A stretch of 32,000 nucleotides of DNA. Origin: Sinorhizobium meliloti (GTDB lineage: Bacteria > Pseudomonadota > Alphaproteobacteria > Rhizobiales > Rhizobiaceae). The notes beneath the pieces were generated by a model. That model saw nothing but the letters and a program-made list of their open reading frames with translations. It was not told the origin of the DNA and searched no databases. The number at the start of each line of letters is the position of its first letter. Position 1 is the stretch's first letter. The stretch lies in NCBI RefSeq assembly GCF_017876815.1, contig NZ_JAGIOS010000001.1:3000001-3032000 (forward strand), written 5' to 3'. Made by a program: the position numbers and the translations under genes. Positions 24,141-32,000 of this stretch are shown here, one piece after another.

Positions 24141-25017
24141 AACGGCGCGCAGCAAAGAGAACAGGACACCGGGCGTGTGGACGCGCCTCCTGCACAGGCC
24201 GCTTGCGCTCATCGGTCTTGCGGTTATCATCGTGGTGGTGGGCGCAGCAGCGCTTGCGCCTTGGGTCGTGCCCTATGACCCGCACGAGCAGTTCTTCGAG
24301 GGTCTGACCATCGAAGGCGCGCCGCTGCCGCCCAACAGCCAGTTCTGGCTGGGTACCGACCTTGTCGGACGCGACCTCCTTAGCCGCCTGATCTACGGCG
24401 CGCGCACCTCGCTCGTCATCGGCGTGGTCGCCAATGGCATTGCCGTCGTCATCGGCTCGCTCGTCGGCATTGCAGCCGGCTATTTCCGGGGCTGGGTGGA
24501 CACCGTGCTGATGCGCTTCACCGATCTGATGATGGCCTTTCCGGCACTTCTCCTTGCCATCGTTCTGGCTGCGATCTTCACGCCCAGCCTGTGGATCGTG
24601 GCGATGGTCATCGCCATGGTGAACTGGGTGCAGATCGCCCGCGTCGTCTATACCGAAACCCGCTCGATCGCCGAGCGCGATTTCGTGACTGCCGAGCGGG
24701 CCATGGGCGCCGGCGCCGGACGCATTCTCTTCCGTCACATCCTGCCGCATCTTCTGTCCACGATCATCGTCTGGGCGACGCTCGGCATTGCGACGACTGT
24801 ACTACTGGAGGCGACGCTTTCATTCCTCGGTATCGGCGTGCAGCCGCCCATCCCGTCGTGGGGCAACATCATTTTCGAAAACCAGACCTATTTCACGTCG
24901 GCACCCTGGCTGGTGTTCATACCGGGTGCGGCGATCCTGGCGCTCGCGCTCGCCTTCAACCTGGTCGGCGATGCGCTGCGCGATGTTCTCGATCCGACGC
25001 AGCAGGGGAGGCATTGA
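24121..25017 (+). CDS. ABC transporter permease, DppC/OppC-like
   Basis: Six hydrophobic spans and the EAA-type loop AERAMGAGAGRILFRHILPH. The start (24121 or 24130) overlaps the amiR 3' end. Confidence 0.9.
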   Translation: MPTMVAETARSKENRTPGVWTRLLHRPLALIGLAVIIVVVGAAALAPWVVPYDPHEQFFEGLTIEGAPLPPNSQFWLGTDLVGRDLLSRLIYGARTSLVIGVVANGIAVVIGSLVGIAAGYFRGWVDTVLMRFTDLMMAFPALLLAIVLAAIFTPSLWIVAMVIAMVNWVQIARVVYTETRSIAERDFVTAERAMGAGAGRILFRHILPHLLSTIIVWATLGIATTVLLEATLSFLGIGVQPPIPSWGNIIFENQTYFTSAPWLVFIPGAAILALALAFNLVGDALRDVLDPTQQGRH

Positions 25018-25937
25018 TGGCAGCCTATATCGCGCGGCGACTGCTTCAGACGGTCGTCATCCTGCTTGGCATCAGCTTCGTCACCTTCGTTCTGCTCTAT
25101 CTGATACCGGCCGATCCGGCCAGACAGATCGCCGGCCGCAGCGCAACGGCTCAGACCGTGGAGAACATCCGCGAACAGCTCGGGCTCAACCTGCCCTTCT
25201 ACGAGCAGTATCTGCGTTACGTCACGGGCCTGGTGCAGGGCGACTTCGGCCGCTCCTATCTGCAGAAGACGGAAGTCGCCACTTTGATCGCATCGCGCCT
25301 TCCGGCAAGCCTCGTGCTGATGGCCGGAGCCATCACTTGTGAACTGATCTTCGGGCTCACCATGGGCATCGTCGCGGCGCTCCGGCGCGGCTCACGCACC
25401 GACGATACGCTGATGATCGCGTCTTTCGTCGGGGTGTCGGCGCCGCAATTCGTGATCGGCATCCTGCTGCTTTACGTCTTCGCCGTGAAGCTCGGCTGGT
25501 TCCCGATTGGCGGCTACGGCACCTTCGCCCATCTGGTCCTGCCCTCCGTTACGCTCGGCTTCCTGGGCGCCGGTTGGTATTCGCGCATGATGCGTTCCTC
25601 GCTGATCGAAGTGATGCGCCAGGATTTCATCCGCACGGCGCGCGCAACCGGTGCCGGTCGCGCCAAGGTCCTGTTCCGGCACGCAATGCCCAACGCGATA
25701 CTGCCCGTTATCGCGATGATCGGCATCGACATCGGTCTGTTCATGTCCGGCATCGTGGTGGTGGAAAGCGTCTTCGGCTGGCCCGGCATCGGCCAGCTGG
25801 CCTGGCAGGCGATCCAGCGGGTGGACATCCCGATCATCATGGGCGTCACGCTCGTCTCTGCGTTTGCAATCGTGCTCGGCAACCTGCTCGCCGACCTCAT
25901 CACACCGCTTATCGACCCGCGCATCAAGCTGCGCTGA
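25017..25937 (+). CDS. ABC transporter permease, DppB/OppB-like
   Basis: ATG 25017 overlaps the preceding stop (TGATG), with AGGGGAGG upstream. MAAYIARRLLQTVVILLGISFVTF is the typical N-terminus and the EAA loop is TARATGAGRAKVLFRHAMPNA. Confidence 0.9.
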   Translation: MAAYIARRLLQTVVILLGISFVTFVLLYLIPADPARQIAGRSATAQTVENIREQLGLNLPFYEQYLRYVTGLVQGDFGRSYLQKTEVATLIASRLPASLVLMAGAITCELIFGLTMGIVAALRRGSRTDDTLMIASFVGVSAPQFVIGILLLYVFAVKLGWFPIGGYGTFAHLVLPSVTLGFLGAGWYSRMMRSSLIEVMRQDFIRTARATGAGRAKVLFRHAMPNAILPVIAMIGIDIGLFMSGIVVVESVFGWPGIGQLAWQAIQRVDIPIIMGVTLVSAFAIVLGNLLADLITPLIDPRIKLR

Positions 25938-25978
25938 CGCGGGAAGAAAAAACTGCAGCATCAAGAAAGGAACTTCAG

Positions 25979-27595
25979 ATGAGGAACTTGCTACTGGCCG
26001 GCGTCTGCACCGCCGCACTCATGGGAAATCCCGCGCTTGCCGACGACATCAAGCAGGGTGGCGAAATGACCGTCACCTACAAGGACGACGTTTCGACCCT
26101 CGATCCGGCGATCGGCTACGACTGGCAGAACTGGTCGATGATCAAGTCGCTGTTCGACGGTCTGATGGATTATGTCCCGGGCACGACCGAGCTGCGTCCC
26201 GACCTTGCCGAATCCTACGAAATCTCGGAGGACGGCAAAATCTTCACGTTCAAGCTGCGCAAGGGCGTCAAGTTTCACAACGGCCGCGAGCTGACTGCCC
26301 AAGACGTGAAATATTCGATCGAGCGCGTGGTGAACCCGGCGACCCAGAGCCCGGGTGCCGGGTTCTTTGCAACGATCAAAGGGGTCGAAGAGGCCTCGGC
26401 CGGCAAGGGTGGCGAGCTATCCGGCATCACGGTGCAGGATCCGCACACGATCAGGTTCGAACTGACCCGCCCGGACGCCACTTTCCTCCACGTCATGGCG
26501 CTCAACTTTGCCCATGTCGTGCCGAAGGAGGAGGTCGAGAAACACGGCGCCGATTTCGGTAAGAATCCGGTCGGTTCCGGTGCCTTCAAGCTTGCCGAAT
26601 GGACACTTGGGCAGCGTCTGGTGTTCGAACGCTTCACCGACTATTGGAACGAAGGGCTTCCGAAGCTGGACCGCATCACCTTCGAGGTTGGCCAGGAGCC
26701 GGTCGTTGCGCTTCTTCGCCTGCAGAACGGCGAAATCGACGTGCCCGGAGACGGCATTCCGCCGGCGAAGTTCGTCGAGGTGACGAACGACCCCAACTTC
26801 AAGGATCTGATCATCCGGGGCGGCCAGCTGCACACCGGCTATGTGACGATGAACGTCAAGATGGCTCCCTTCGACAAGGTCGAGGTGCGCAAGGCTGTGA
26901 ACATGGCCATCAACAAGGATCGTATCCTGCGTATCATCAACGGTCGCGCGGTCGCTGCCAACCAGCCGCTGCCGCCCTCGATGCCCGGCTATGCAAAGGA
27001 CTACGCAGGCTATGCCTACGATCCCGAAGGCGCCAAGAAGCTGCTCGAGCAGGCCGGCCTCGGCGACGGGTTCTCGACCGAACTCTATGTCATGAACACC
27101 GACCCGCAGCCGCGCATCGCCCAGGCGATCCAGCAGGATCTGAAGGCGATCGGCATCACGGCATCGATCAAGTCGCTCGCACAGGCCAATGTCATCGCGG
27201 CCGGCGGCGAGGAAAACCAGGCGCCGATGATCTGGTCGGGCGGCATGGCGTGGATTGCCGATTTCCCCGATCCGTCGAACTTCTACGGCCCCATTCTGGG
27301 TTGCGGCGGTGCCGTGCCGGGAGGCTGGAACTGGTCCTGGTACTGCAATGAAGAGCTCGACAAGAAGGCAGCCGAAGCCGACGCCATCGCCGACCCGGCA
27401 AAGGCCGCGGAGCGCGAGGCCCTGTGGCGCGACATCTATCTGAAGATCATGGAGGACGCGCCCTGGGCGCCGATCTTCAACGAGGAGCGCTTCACCATCC
27501 GCTCGGAGCGTATCGGCGGCGACGACAAGCTGTTTGTCGATCCGGTCCACATCCCCGTCCACTACGATCAGGTATATGCAAAAGATGTGCAGTAA
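25979..27595 (+). CDS. ABC transporter substrate-binding protein, family 5 (peptide/opine/nickel type), secreted
   Basis: The track ORF was trimmed to ATG 25979 (AAGAAAGGA upstream). The signal peptide is MRNLLLAGVCTAALMGNPALADD. SBP_bac_5-type blocks are LDPA, KFHNGRELTAQDVKYS and GSGAFKL. Confidence 0.9.
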   Translation: MRNLLLAGVCTAALMGNPALADDIKQGGEMTVTYKDDVSTLDPAIGYDWQNWSMIKSLFDGLMDYVPGTTELRPDLAESYEISEDGKIFTFKLRKGVKFHNGRELTAQDVKYSIERVVNPATQSPGAGFFATIKGVEEASAGKGGELSGITVQDPHTIRFELTRPDATFLHVMALNFAHVVPKEEVEKHGADFGKNPVGSGAFKLAEWTLGQRLVFERFTDYWNEGLPKLDRITFEVGQEPVVALLRLQNGEIDVPGDGIPPAKFVEVTNDPNFKDLIIRGGQLHTGYVTMNVKMAPFDKVEVRKAVNMAINKDRILRIINGRAVAANQPLPPSMPGYAKDYAGYAYDPEGAKKLLEQAGLGDGFSTELYVMNTDPQPRIAQAIQQDLKAIGITASIKSLAQANVIAAGGEENQAPMIWSGGMAWIADFPDPSNFYGPILGCGGAVPGGWNWSWYCNEELDKKAAEADAIADPAKAAEREALWRDIYLKIMEDAPWAPIFNEERFTIRSERIGGDDKLFVDPVHIPVHYDQVYAKDVQ

Positions 27596-28529
27596 CTGCG
27601 ACTACACCATCCACGGACGCCATCACCACTACGGCTGGGATCATTCGATCCCGCCGGTGGAAACCGTGGCGCCCGGATCGCGGCTCGAGTTCAATTGCCT
27701 GGACTCCGGTTCCGGTCATTTCACCGCCGACAGCACGGTTGCCGATGTCTCGACGGTCGATTTCACGAAGGTCAATCCGGTCACCGGTCCCATCTATGTC
27801 GATGGGGCCAAGCCGGGTGACGCCCTGAAGGTGACCATCGAGCACTTCAAGCCGAGCGGCTTTGGCTGGACGGCCAATATTCCGGGCTTCGGGCTCCTCG
27901 CCGACCAGTTCGCGGAGCCGGCGCTGACACTCTGGAAATATGATCCGGCTACGCTCGCTCCCGCAGCCTTTGGCGAGTTCGGCCGGGTTCCTCTGAAGCC
28001 CTTCGCCGGCACGATCGGGCTCGCGCCGGCAGAGCCGGGGCTGCATTCCGTGGTTCCGCCGCGGCGGGTAGGAGGCAATCTCGACATTCGCGACCTGGCG
28101 GCGGGCACAACCCTCTATCTGCCCGTCGAGGTGGAGGGCGCCCTGTTCTCCATCGGCGACACGCATGCGGCGCAGGGCGATGGCGAAGTCTGCGGCACGG
28201 CCATCGAAAGCGCGATGGACGTGGTCCTGAAGCTGGAACTGGTGAAGGACGCCAATCTCAGGATGCCGCGCTTTACCACGCCGGGCCCCGTCACACGGCA
28301 TCTCGATGCCGAGGGCTATGAGGTCACGACCGGTATTGGAAGCGATCTGATGGAAGGTGCGCGGGCGGCCGTGTCCGGCATGATCGACCTTCTCTGTGCG
28401 ACACGCGGCATGAAGCCGGAAGACGCCTACATGCTCTGCTCCGTCTGCGGCGACCTTCGCATCAGCGAGATCGTCGACCAGCCGAACTGGGTCGTGTCCT
28501 TCTATTTCCCGCGCATCGTCTTTGCGTGA
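27576..28529 (+). CDS. acetamidase/formamidase (FmdA_AmdA) family amidase, short (about 315 aa) form
   Basis: Family blocks are [29 protein letters not shown] and [18 protein letters not shown]. The start is ATG 27576 or 27585, overlapping the binding-protein stop. Confidence 0.85.
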   Translation: MQKMCSNCDYTIHGRHHHYGWDHSIPPVETVAPGSRLEFNCLDSGSGHFTADSTVADVSTVDFTKVNPVTGPIYVDGAKPGDALKVTIEHFKPSGFGWTANIPGFGLLADQFAEPALTLWKYDPATLAPAAFGEFGRVPLKPFAGTIGLAPAEPGLHSVVPPRRVGGNLDIRDLAAGTTLYLPVEVEGALFSIGDTHAAQGDGEVCGTAIESAMDVVLKLELVKDANLRMPRFTTPGPVTRHLDAEGYEVTTGIGSDLMEGARAAVSGMIDLLCATRGMKPEDAYMLCSVCGDLRISEIVDQPNWVVSFYFPRIVFA

Positions 28530-28536
28530 CGAACCG

Positions 28537-28564
28537 GTCCTGCCCCGCCTCGGCGGGACAGGAC
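28537..28564 (+). other. stable intercistronic hairpin between the amidase and ATPase genes
   Basis: GTCCTGCCCCGC-CTCG-GCGGGACAGGAC forms a 12-position stem with one C/A mismatch and no U-tract. Confidence 0.5.
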
Positions 28565-28598
28565 GTCCTTCCGATGACATTGCCAAGGCCTCTGCCTG

Positions 28599-30380
28599 AT
28601 GACTTCCTCTCTGCTTTCCGTGAAGGATCTGACCGTCCAGGTGGCTACGCCGACCGGGCCGAAGGTCGTGGTGGAGCGTCTGTCCTTCGATCTTCTTCCC
28701 GGCAGGACGCTTTGTCTTGCAGGCGAGAGCGGATCGGGTAAATCGATGACCGCGCTTTCGCTGATGCAGTTGCTGCCGAAGCCGATGGCACGAATTGCGG
28801 GCGGCTCGGCCACTCTCGATGGCGAGGACATATTGGCGCTTCCGGAAGCACGCATGCGGCGGATTCGCGGGCGCAAGATCGGGATGATCTTCCAGGAGCC
28901 GATGACCTCGCTCAATCCGGTGATGACGGTCGGAAATCAGCTGATCGGGGCGATCACCGCCCACGGAAACACCAGTGGCCGGCGCGCCGCGCGGGCGCGG
29001 GCCGCCGAACTCCTGGACCAGGTTCAGATTCCGGAGCCGGAGCGGCGGCTCGGCCAATATCCGCACGAGCTCTCCGGCGGCTTGCGTCAGCGAATCGTCA
29101 TCGCGATGGCGCTCGCGCAAAACCCGAAAATCCTGATCGCCGACGAGCCGACGACGGCGCTCGACGTAACGGTTCAGGCGCAGATCCTGGCCCTTATCCG
29201 CAAGCTGCAGGCCGATCACGGGATTTCGGTGATCATGATCACCCATGACATGGGCGTGGTCGCGGAAATGGCCGACGAGGTGCTGGTGATGAAGCATGGC
29301 CGTACCGTGGAGCACGCAACCAGCAGGGATCTTTTCGCGCATCCGCAGGATGCGTACACGAAGGAGCTCCTATCCGCCGTGCCGCGCCTTGGCGAAATGG
29401 CGGGAACGGAGACGCCGAAGCGTGCAGCGGGGAAGGCGGTCGAGGCAGGATCTGAGCCAGGCGCCGAACAGCCGATGCTCCAGGTCGAGAACCTCACGGT
29501 TCGTTTCGACATAAAGGGCGGCATCCTTCAGCGCCCGGTCAGGCGACTTCACGCGGTGGAGGGCATCTCTTTGTCCGTGCGCAGGGGTGAGACGCTGTCT
29601 CTCGTCGGAGAGTCCGGTTGCGGCAAGTCGACGACCGGCAAGGCGCTCTTGAACCTTGTCCCGTGGACGGGAGACATACGCGTCGACGGACGCTCCACGC
29701 GCGGCTTGCGAGGGAGCACGATGCGGCCCATCCTGCGTGACGTCCAGATGATCTTCCAGGACCCTTACGCATCGCTGGATCCGCGTATGCGGGTCGGCGA
29801 TCTGGTGGCCGAGCCACTTGTGATCCACGGCCTTGCAAGCGGAAGCGAGCTGCGTGACCGGGTGGAGTATCTTTTCAAGCGGGTCGGATTGTCGCCCGAG
29901 CAGATGAAGCGTTACCCGCATGAGTTTTCGGGCGGTCAGCGGCAGCGCATCTGTATCGCGCGCGCCCTGTCTCTCTCACCGAAGCTCATCGTCGCAGATG
30001 AGTCCGTCGCGGCACTCGACGTGTCGATCCAGGCACAGGTGCTCGATCTCCTGCAGGACATCCAGGACGAGACCGGCGTCTCCTACCTGTTTATTTCGCA
30101 CGACATGGCGGTCGTCGAGCAGATCAGCCACCGGGTAGCGGTCATGTACATGGGCCGCTTCGTCGAAATGGGCACGCGGCGGCAGATCTTCGAGAGTCCG
30201 CAGCATCCCTATACGAAGAAACTGATGGCAGCCGTTCCCGTGGCCGATCCGGGCCGAGTACGCCGGGATTTCGTGCCGAAAGCGGAAGACCTGCCGAGTC
30301 CTGTGCGCGCCCTGGATTATGCGCCATCCTTCCCGCCGCCATCGGATCTGGGCGGCGGACATCTCGTCTGGAACGGCTAA
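28599..30380 (+). CDS. fused double ATP-binding protein of a Dpp/Opp-type ABC transporter (DppD-DppF fusion)
   Basis: 593 aa with two complete cassettes. Walker A motifs are GESGSGKS and GESGCGKS. Signatures are LSGGLRQR and FSGGQRQR. Walker B motifs are [12 protein letters not shown] and [12 protein letters not shown]. Confidence 0.92.
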   Translation: MTSSLLSVKDLTVQVATPTGPKVVVERLSFDLLPGRTLCLAGESGSGKSMTALSLMQLLPKPMARIAGGSATLDGEDILALPEARMRRIRGRKIGMIFQEPMTSLNPVMTVGNQLIGAITAHGNTSGRRAARARAAELLDQVQIPEPERRLGQYPHELSGGLRQRIVIAMALAQNPKILIADEPTTALDVTVQAQILALIRKLQADHGISVIMITHDMGVVAEMADEVLVMKHGRTVEHATSRDLFAHPQDAYTKELLSAVPRLGEMAGTETPKRAAGKAVEAGSEPGAEQPMLQVENLTVRFDIKGGILQRPVRRLHAVEGISLSVRRGETLSLVGESGCGKSTTGKALLNLVPWTGDIRVDGRSTRGLRGSTMRPILRDVQMIFQDPYASLDPRMRVGDLVAEPLVIHGLASGSELRDRVEYLFKRVGLSPEQMKRYPHEFSGGQRQRICIARALSLSPKLIVADESVAALDVSIQAQVLDLLQDIQDETGVSYLFISHDMAVVEQISHRVAVMYMGRFVEMGTRRQIFESPQHPYTKKLMAAVPVADPGRVRRDFVPKAEDLPSPVRALDYAPSFPPPSDLGGGHLVWNG

Positions 30381-30405
30381 TCCGTGGTCAGTTTGGTATT
30401 GTGGC

Positions 30406-31206
30406 CTACAGCCTCAGCCAGATACGCAGCGGATATTCCGGGTCGGCGAGCAGCCGGATGGCGAGCGCGATCGAAACGACGACCAGCAGAGGCTTGATGA
30501 TCTTCGCGCCCTTTGCCATCGCATAGCGCGAGCCGACCTGCGCGCCGAGGAACTGGCCGACGCCCATCGTCAGGCCGATCTTCCAGAGCACGACGCCGCT
30601 GAGCAGGAAGACGAAAAATGCGCCGATATTGGAGCCGAAATTCAGGAATTTCGTGTGCGCCGTCGCCTTGAGGATGCCGTAGCCTGCAAGCGAGACGAAA
30701 CCGAGCATGAAGAAGGAACCTGTGCCCGGACCGAAAACGCCGTCATAGAGGCCGATCAGGGGCACGAAGGTGATTGTGAACAGGAAAACCGACAGGCGCC
30801 GATGCTTGTCGAGGTCGCCGATATTCGGCTTGAAACCGAAGTAGAGCGCGATGCCGATCAACAGGAACGGCAGCACGGCCTCCAGAACGTCCGCGGGAAC
30901 GACCGTCGCCAGCAATGCGCCCAATACCGCGCCTGCCGCCGACATCAGCGCCATCGGGAGTTGCTCTCGGAGGTTCACGTGGCCGTGCCGGGCATAGGCG
31001 ATGCTCGCCGAACCGGAGCCGAAAAGCGACTGCAGCTTGTTGGTGCCGAGCGTCTCGAGCGGTGGAATCCCCGCGATCAGCATGGCCGGGATGGTGATCA
31101 TCCCGCCGCCGCCGGCGATCGAATCGATGAAGCCGGCAAGGAATGCGGCCGCGAAAAGAAAGAGCAGTATGTGGAGGGCCAGGTCGTGCACTGGAGTCTC
31201 GAGCAA
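30406..31206 (-). CDS. TauE/SafE (DUF81) family anion-exporter-type membrane protein
   Basis: The 452-aa track ORF was trimmed. The family region starts about LETPVHDLALHILLFLFAAAFLAGFIDSIAGGGGMITIP, and a second repeat contains GPGTGSFF. There is no in-frame ATG here; candidate starts are TTG 31206 or GTG 31191. Confidence 0.75.
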   Translation of the reverse strand: MLETPVHDLALHILLFLFAAAFLAGFIDSIAGGGGMITIPAMLIAGIPPLETLGTNKLQSLFGSGSASIAYARHGHVNLREQLPMALMSAAGAVLGALLATVVPADVLEAVLPFLLIGIALYFGFKPNIGDLDKHRRLSVFLFTITFVPLIGLYDGVFGPGTGSFFMLGFVSLAGYGILKATAHTKFLNFGSNIGAFFVFLLSGVVLWKIGLTMGVGQFLGAQVGSRYAMAKGAKIIKPLLVVVSIALAIRLLADPEYPLRIWLRL

Positions 31207-31294
31207 ATAGGGCGGCGGGAACTGCTTCAGCCGCCTTGTGTCAGAGGTGACGCCGAAATGCAAAGAATTGTCTGAGGTCGATCCCGTGGCTGCA

Positions 31295-31324
31295 CGGATT
31301 GCGACACGTGGATGGCGCAATCCG
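31295..31324. promoter_or_regulatory. 9-bp perfect inverted repeat in the divergent TauE/cobE intergenic region
   Basis: CGGATTGCG-(12 nt containing CACGTG)-CGCAATCCG. Confidence 0.35.
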
Positions 31325-31482
31325 GTTTGACCGACCTGAAGCGCTCCGATAAAAATGACGATCATGCGACGGCGTCCGTTCAGGCGGACTGAAAGAGCGT
31401 CCGGTGCGGCCGACCCATGCAGGGGGCTTGATCCGGTGCTGTCCGGACCGGTACGTGGCATTTCGCCGGGCCGGCGCTTCGT

Positions 31483-31947
31483 ATGGAACGCCGACGCCGC
31501 ATGGGAGCCGCACCGCATATGCCTTCCGCCGAAGGACACATCACCGCCAAACTTGTGCTCGGCCTTGGCTGCGAGCGCAACACTGCGCCCGAAGAGGTTA
31601 TCGCGCTTGCCGAACAGGCGCTTGCGGACGCCGGCGCTTCCGGCAAGGATGTCGGACTCGTCGCCTCTCTGGATGCGCGGACCGATGAGCCCGCGATCCA
31701 TGCGGTCGCGCGGCACTTTTCGGTGCCCACGCATTTCTTCGACGCTGCCACGCTGGAGGCGCAATCGTCGCGTCTAAAAAATCCATCGAAGGTCGTCTTT
31801 GCCCATACGGGTTGCCACGGCGTCGCTGAGGGCGCGGCCTTGGCGGCCGCAGGGTGCGACGCGGTGCTGCTCGTGCCTAAGATCCGATCGGTGCGGGCGA
31901 CGGCGGCAATCGCCGGACCGGCCGATTATGCAAGGGGAGCCATGTGA
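31483..31947 (+). CDS. cobE: CobE / CbiG C-terminal-domain cobalamin biosynthesis protein
   Basis: The CbiG_C pattern is LVLGLGCERN...VASLDARTDEPAIHAVARHFSVP..F...L......GCHGVAEGAALAAAG..LLVPK. The start is ambiguous (ATG 31483, 31501 or 31519). Confidence 0.7.
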   Translation: MERRRRMGAAPHMPSAEGHITAKLVLGLGCERNTAPEEVIALAEQALADAGASGKDVGLVASLDARTDEPAIHAVARHFSVPTHFFDAATLEAQSSRLKNPSKVVFAHTGCHGVAEGAALAAAGCDAVLLVPKIRSVRATAAIAGPADYARGAM

Positions 31948-32000
31948 TGGCCTCGGGCGAATTTTGCAGTTTCTTTGATGAGCCGATTCAATTATCTGCC

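Noticed and set aside
27492-29342. 616-aa minus-strand ORF
   Set aside because: It is antisense to the amidase and ATPase genes. It has no family signature and is a GC artefact.
31372-31403. Alternative GTCCG / CGGAC / GTCCG pairings suggestive of an attenuator upstream of cobE
   Set aside because: The stems are only 5 bp, with no U-tract or leader peptide. This is within chance expectation for GC-rich DNA.
31207-31764. N-terminal extension of the 452-aa TauE track ORF (and similar extensions at 25574-25978, 24591-25016, 1528-1758, 8814-8903, 15251-15616)
   Set aside because: The extensions lack family similarity and overlap neighbouring genes or intergenic structure. They exist only because stops are rare in high-GC DNA.
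31947-32000. ATG overlapping the cobE stop (ATGTGATGG) as the start of a next cob gene
   Set aside because: The 18 codons visible (MASGEFCSFFDEPIQLSA) are AT-rich at third positions, unlike the real genes here. The stretch is too short to judge.
1-32000. Scan for CRISPR arrays, tRNA/rRNA genes, IS elements, integrases, phage or defence-system genes
   Set aside because: No spaced direct-repeat arrays, no cloverleaf-like conserved tRNA segments, no transposase or integrase-like translations, and no terminal inverted repeats bracketing the amide operon were seen. The only mobile-type element is the decayed ParDE module.

Overview
High-GC alphaproteobacterial segment. Gene content and order resemble a Sinorhizobium/Ensifer-type Rhizobiaceae chromosome (from memory, needs a BLAST check). 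Almost every long antisense or alternate-frame ORF in the track is a GC artefact.

Left third: 3' end of a Cys-rich gene; a secreted phosphodiester-glycosidase (DUF2233) protein; a YheO-type regulator plus a PLP aminotransferase; a short acyltransferase-3 remnant; a betaine-homocysteine methyltransferase-type gene (bmt) behind a LysR regulator, with a divergent long-form tautomerase; a ParD/ParE module whose toxin is frameshifted; and a betaine-type ABC binding protein plus ATPase with no permease gene.

Middle: a 460-bp hairpin-rich intergenic region (candidate sRNA); an unannotated 47-codon ORF; cobQ; an alpha/beta hydrolase; a CHASE2 receptor adenylate cyclase convergent with a FecR-domain protein carrying a 21-bp tandem-repeat tail; then a promoter, an unusually long cobalamin riboswitch and cobP(cobU)-cobW-cobN-cobO.

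Right third: an EamA-type gene stump coupled to the cobO stop; a strong intrinsic terminator 15 nt before amiC; then a tightly packed amiC-amiR / two permeases / family-5 binding protein / short FmdA-AmdA amidase / fused double ATPase operon. A convergent TauE/SafE permease and cobE follow.

No rRNA, tRNA, CRISPR array, transposase, integrase, phage gene or recognisable defence system was seen. The best candidates for new biology are:
- the AmiC/AmiR-controlled peptide-type importer plus amidase operon and its leader terminator;
- the candidate sRNA and small ORF between proX and cobQ;
- the expanded B12 riboswitch;
- the cyclase/FecR pair.

All homology statements come from reading the translations, not from searches.
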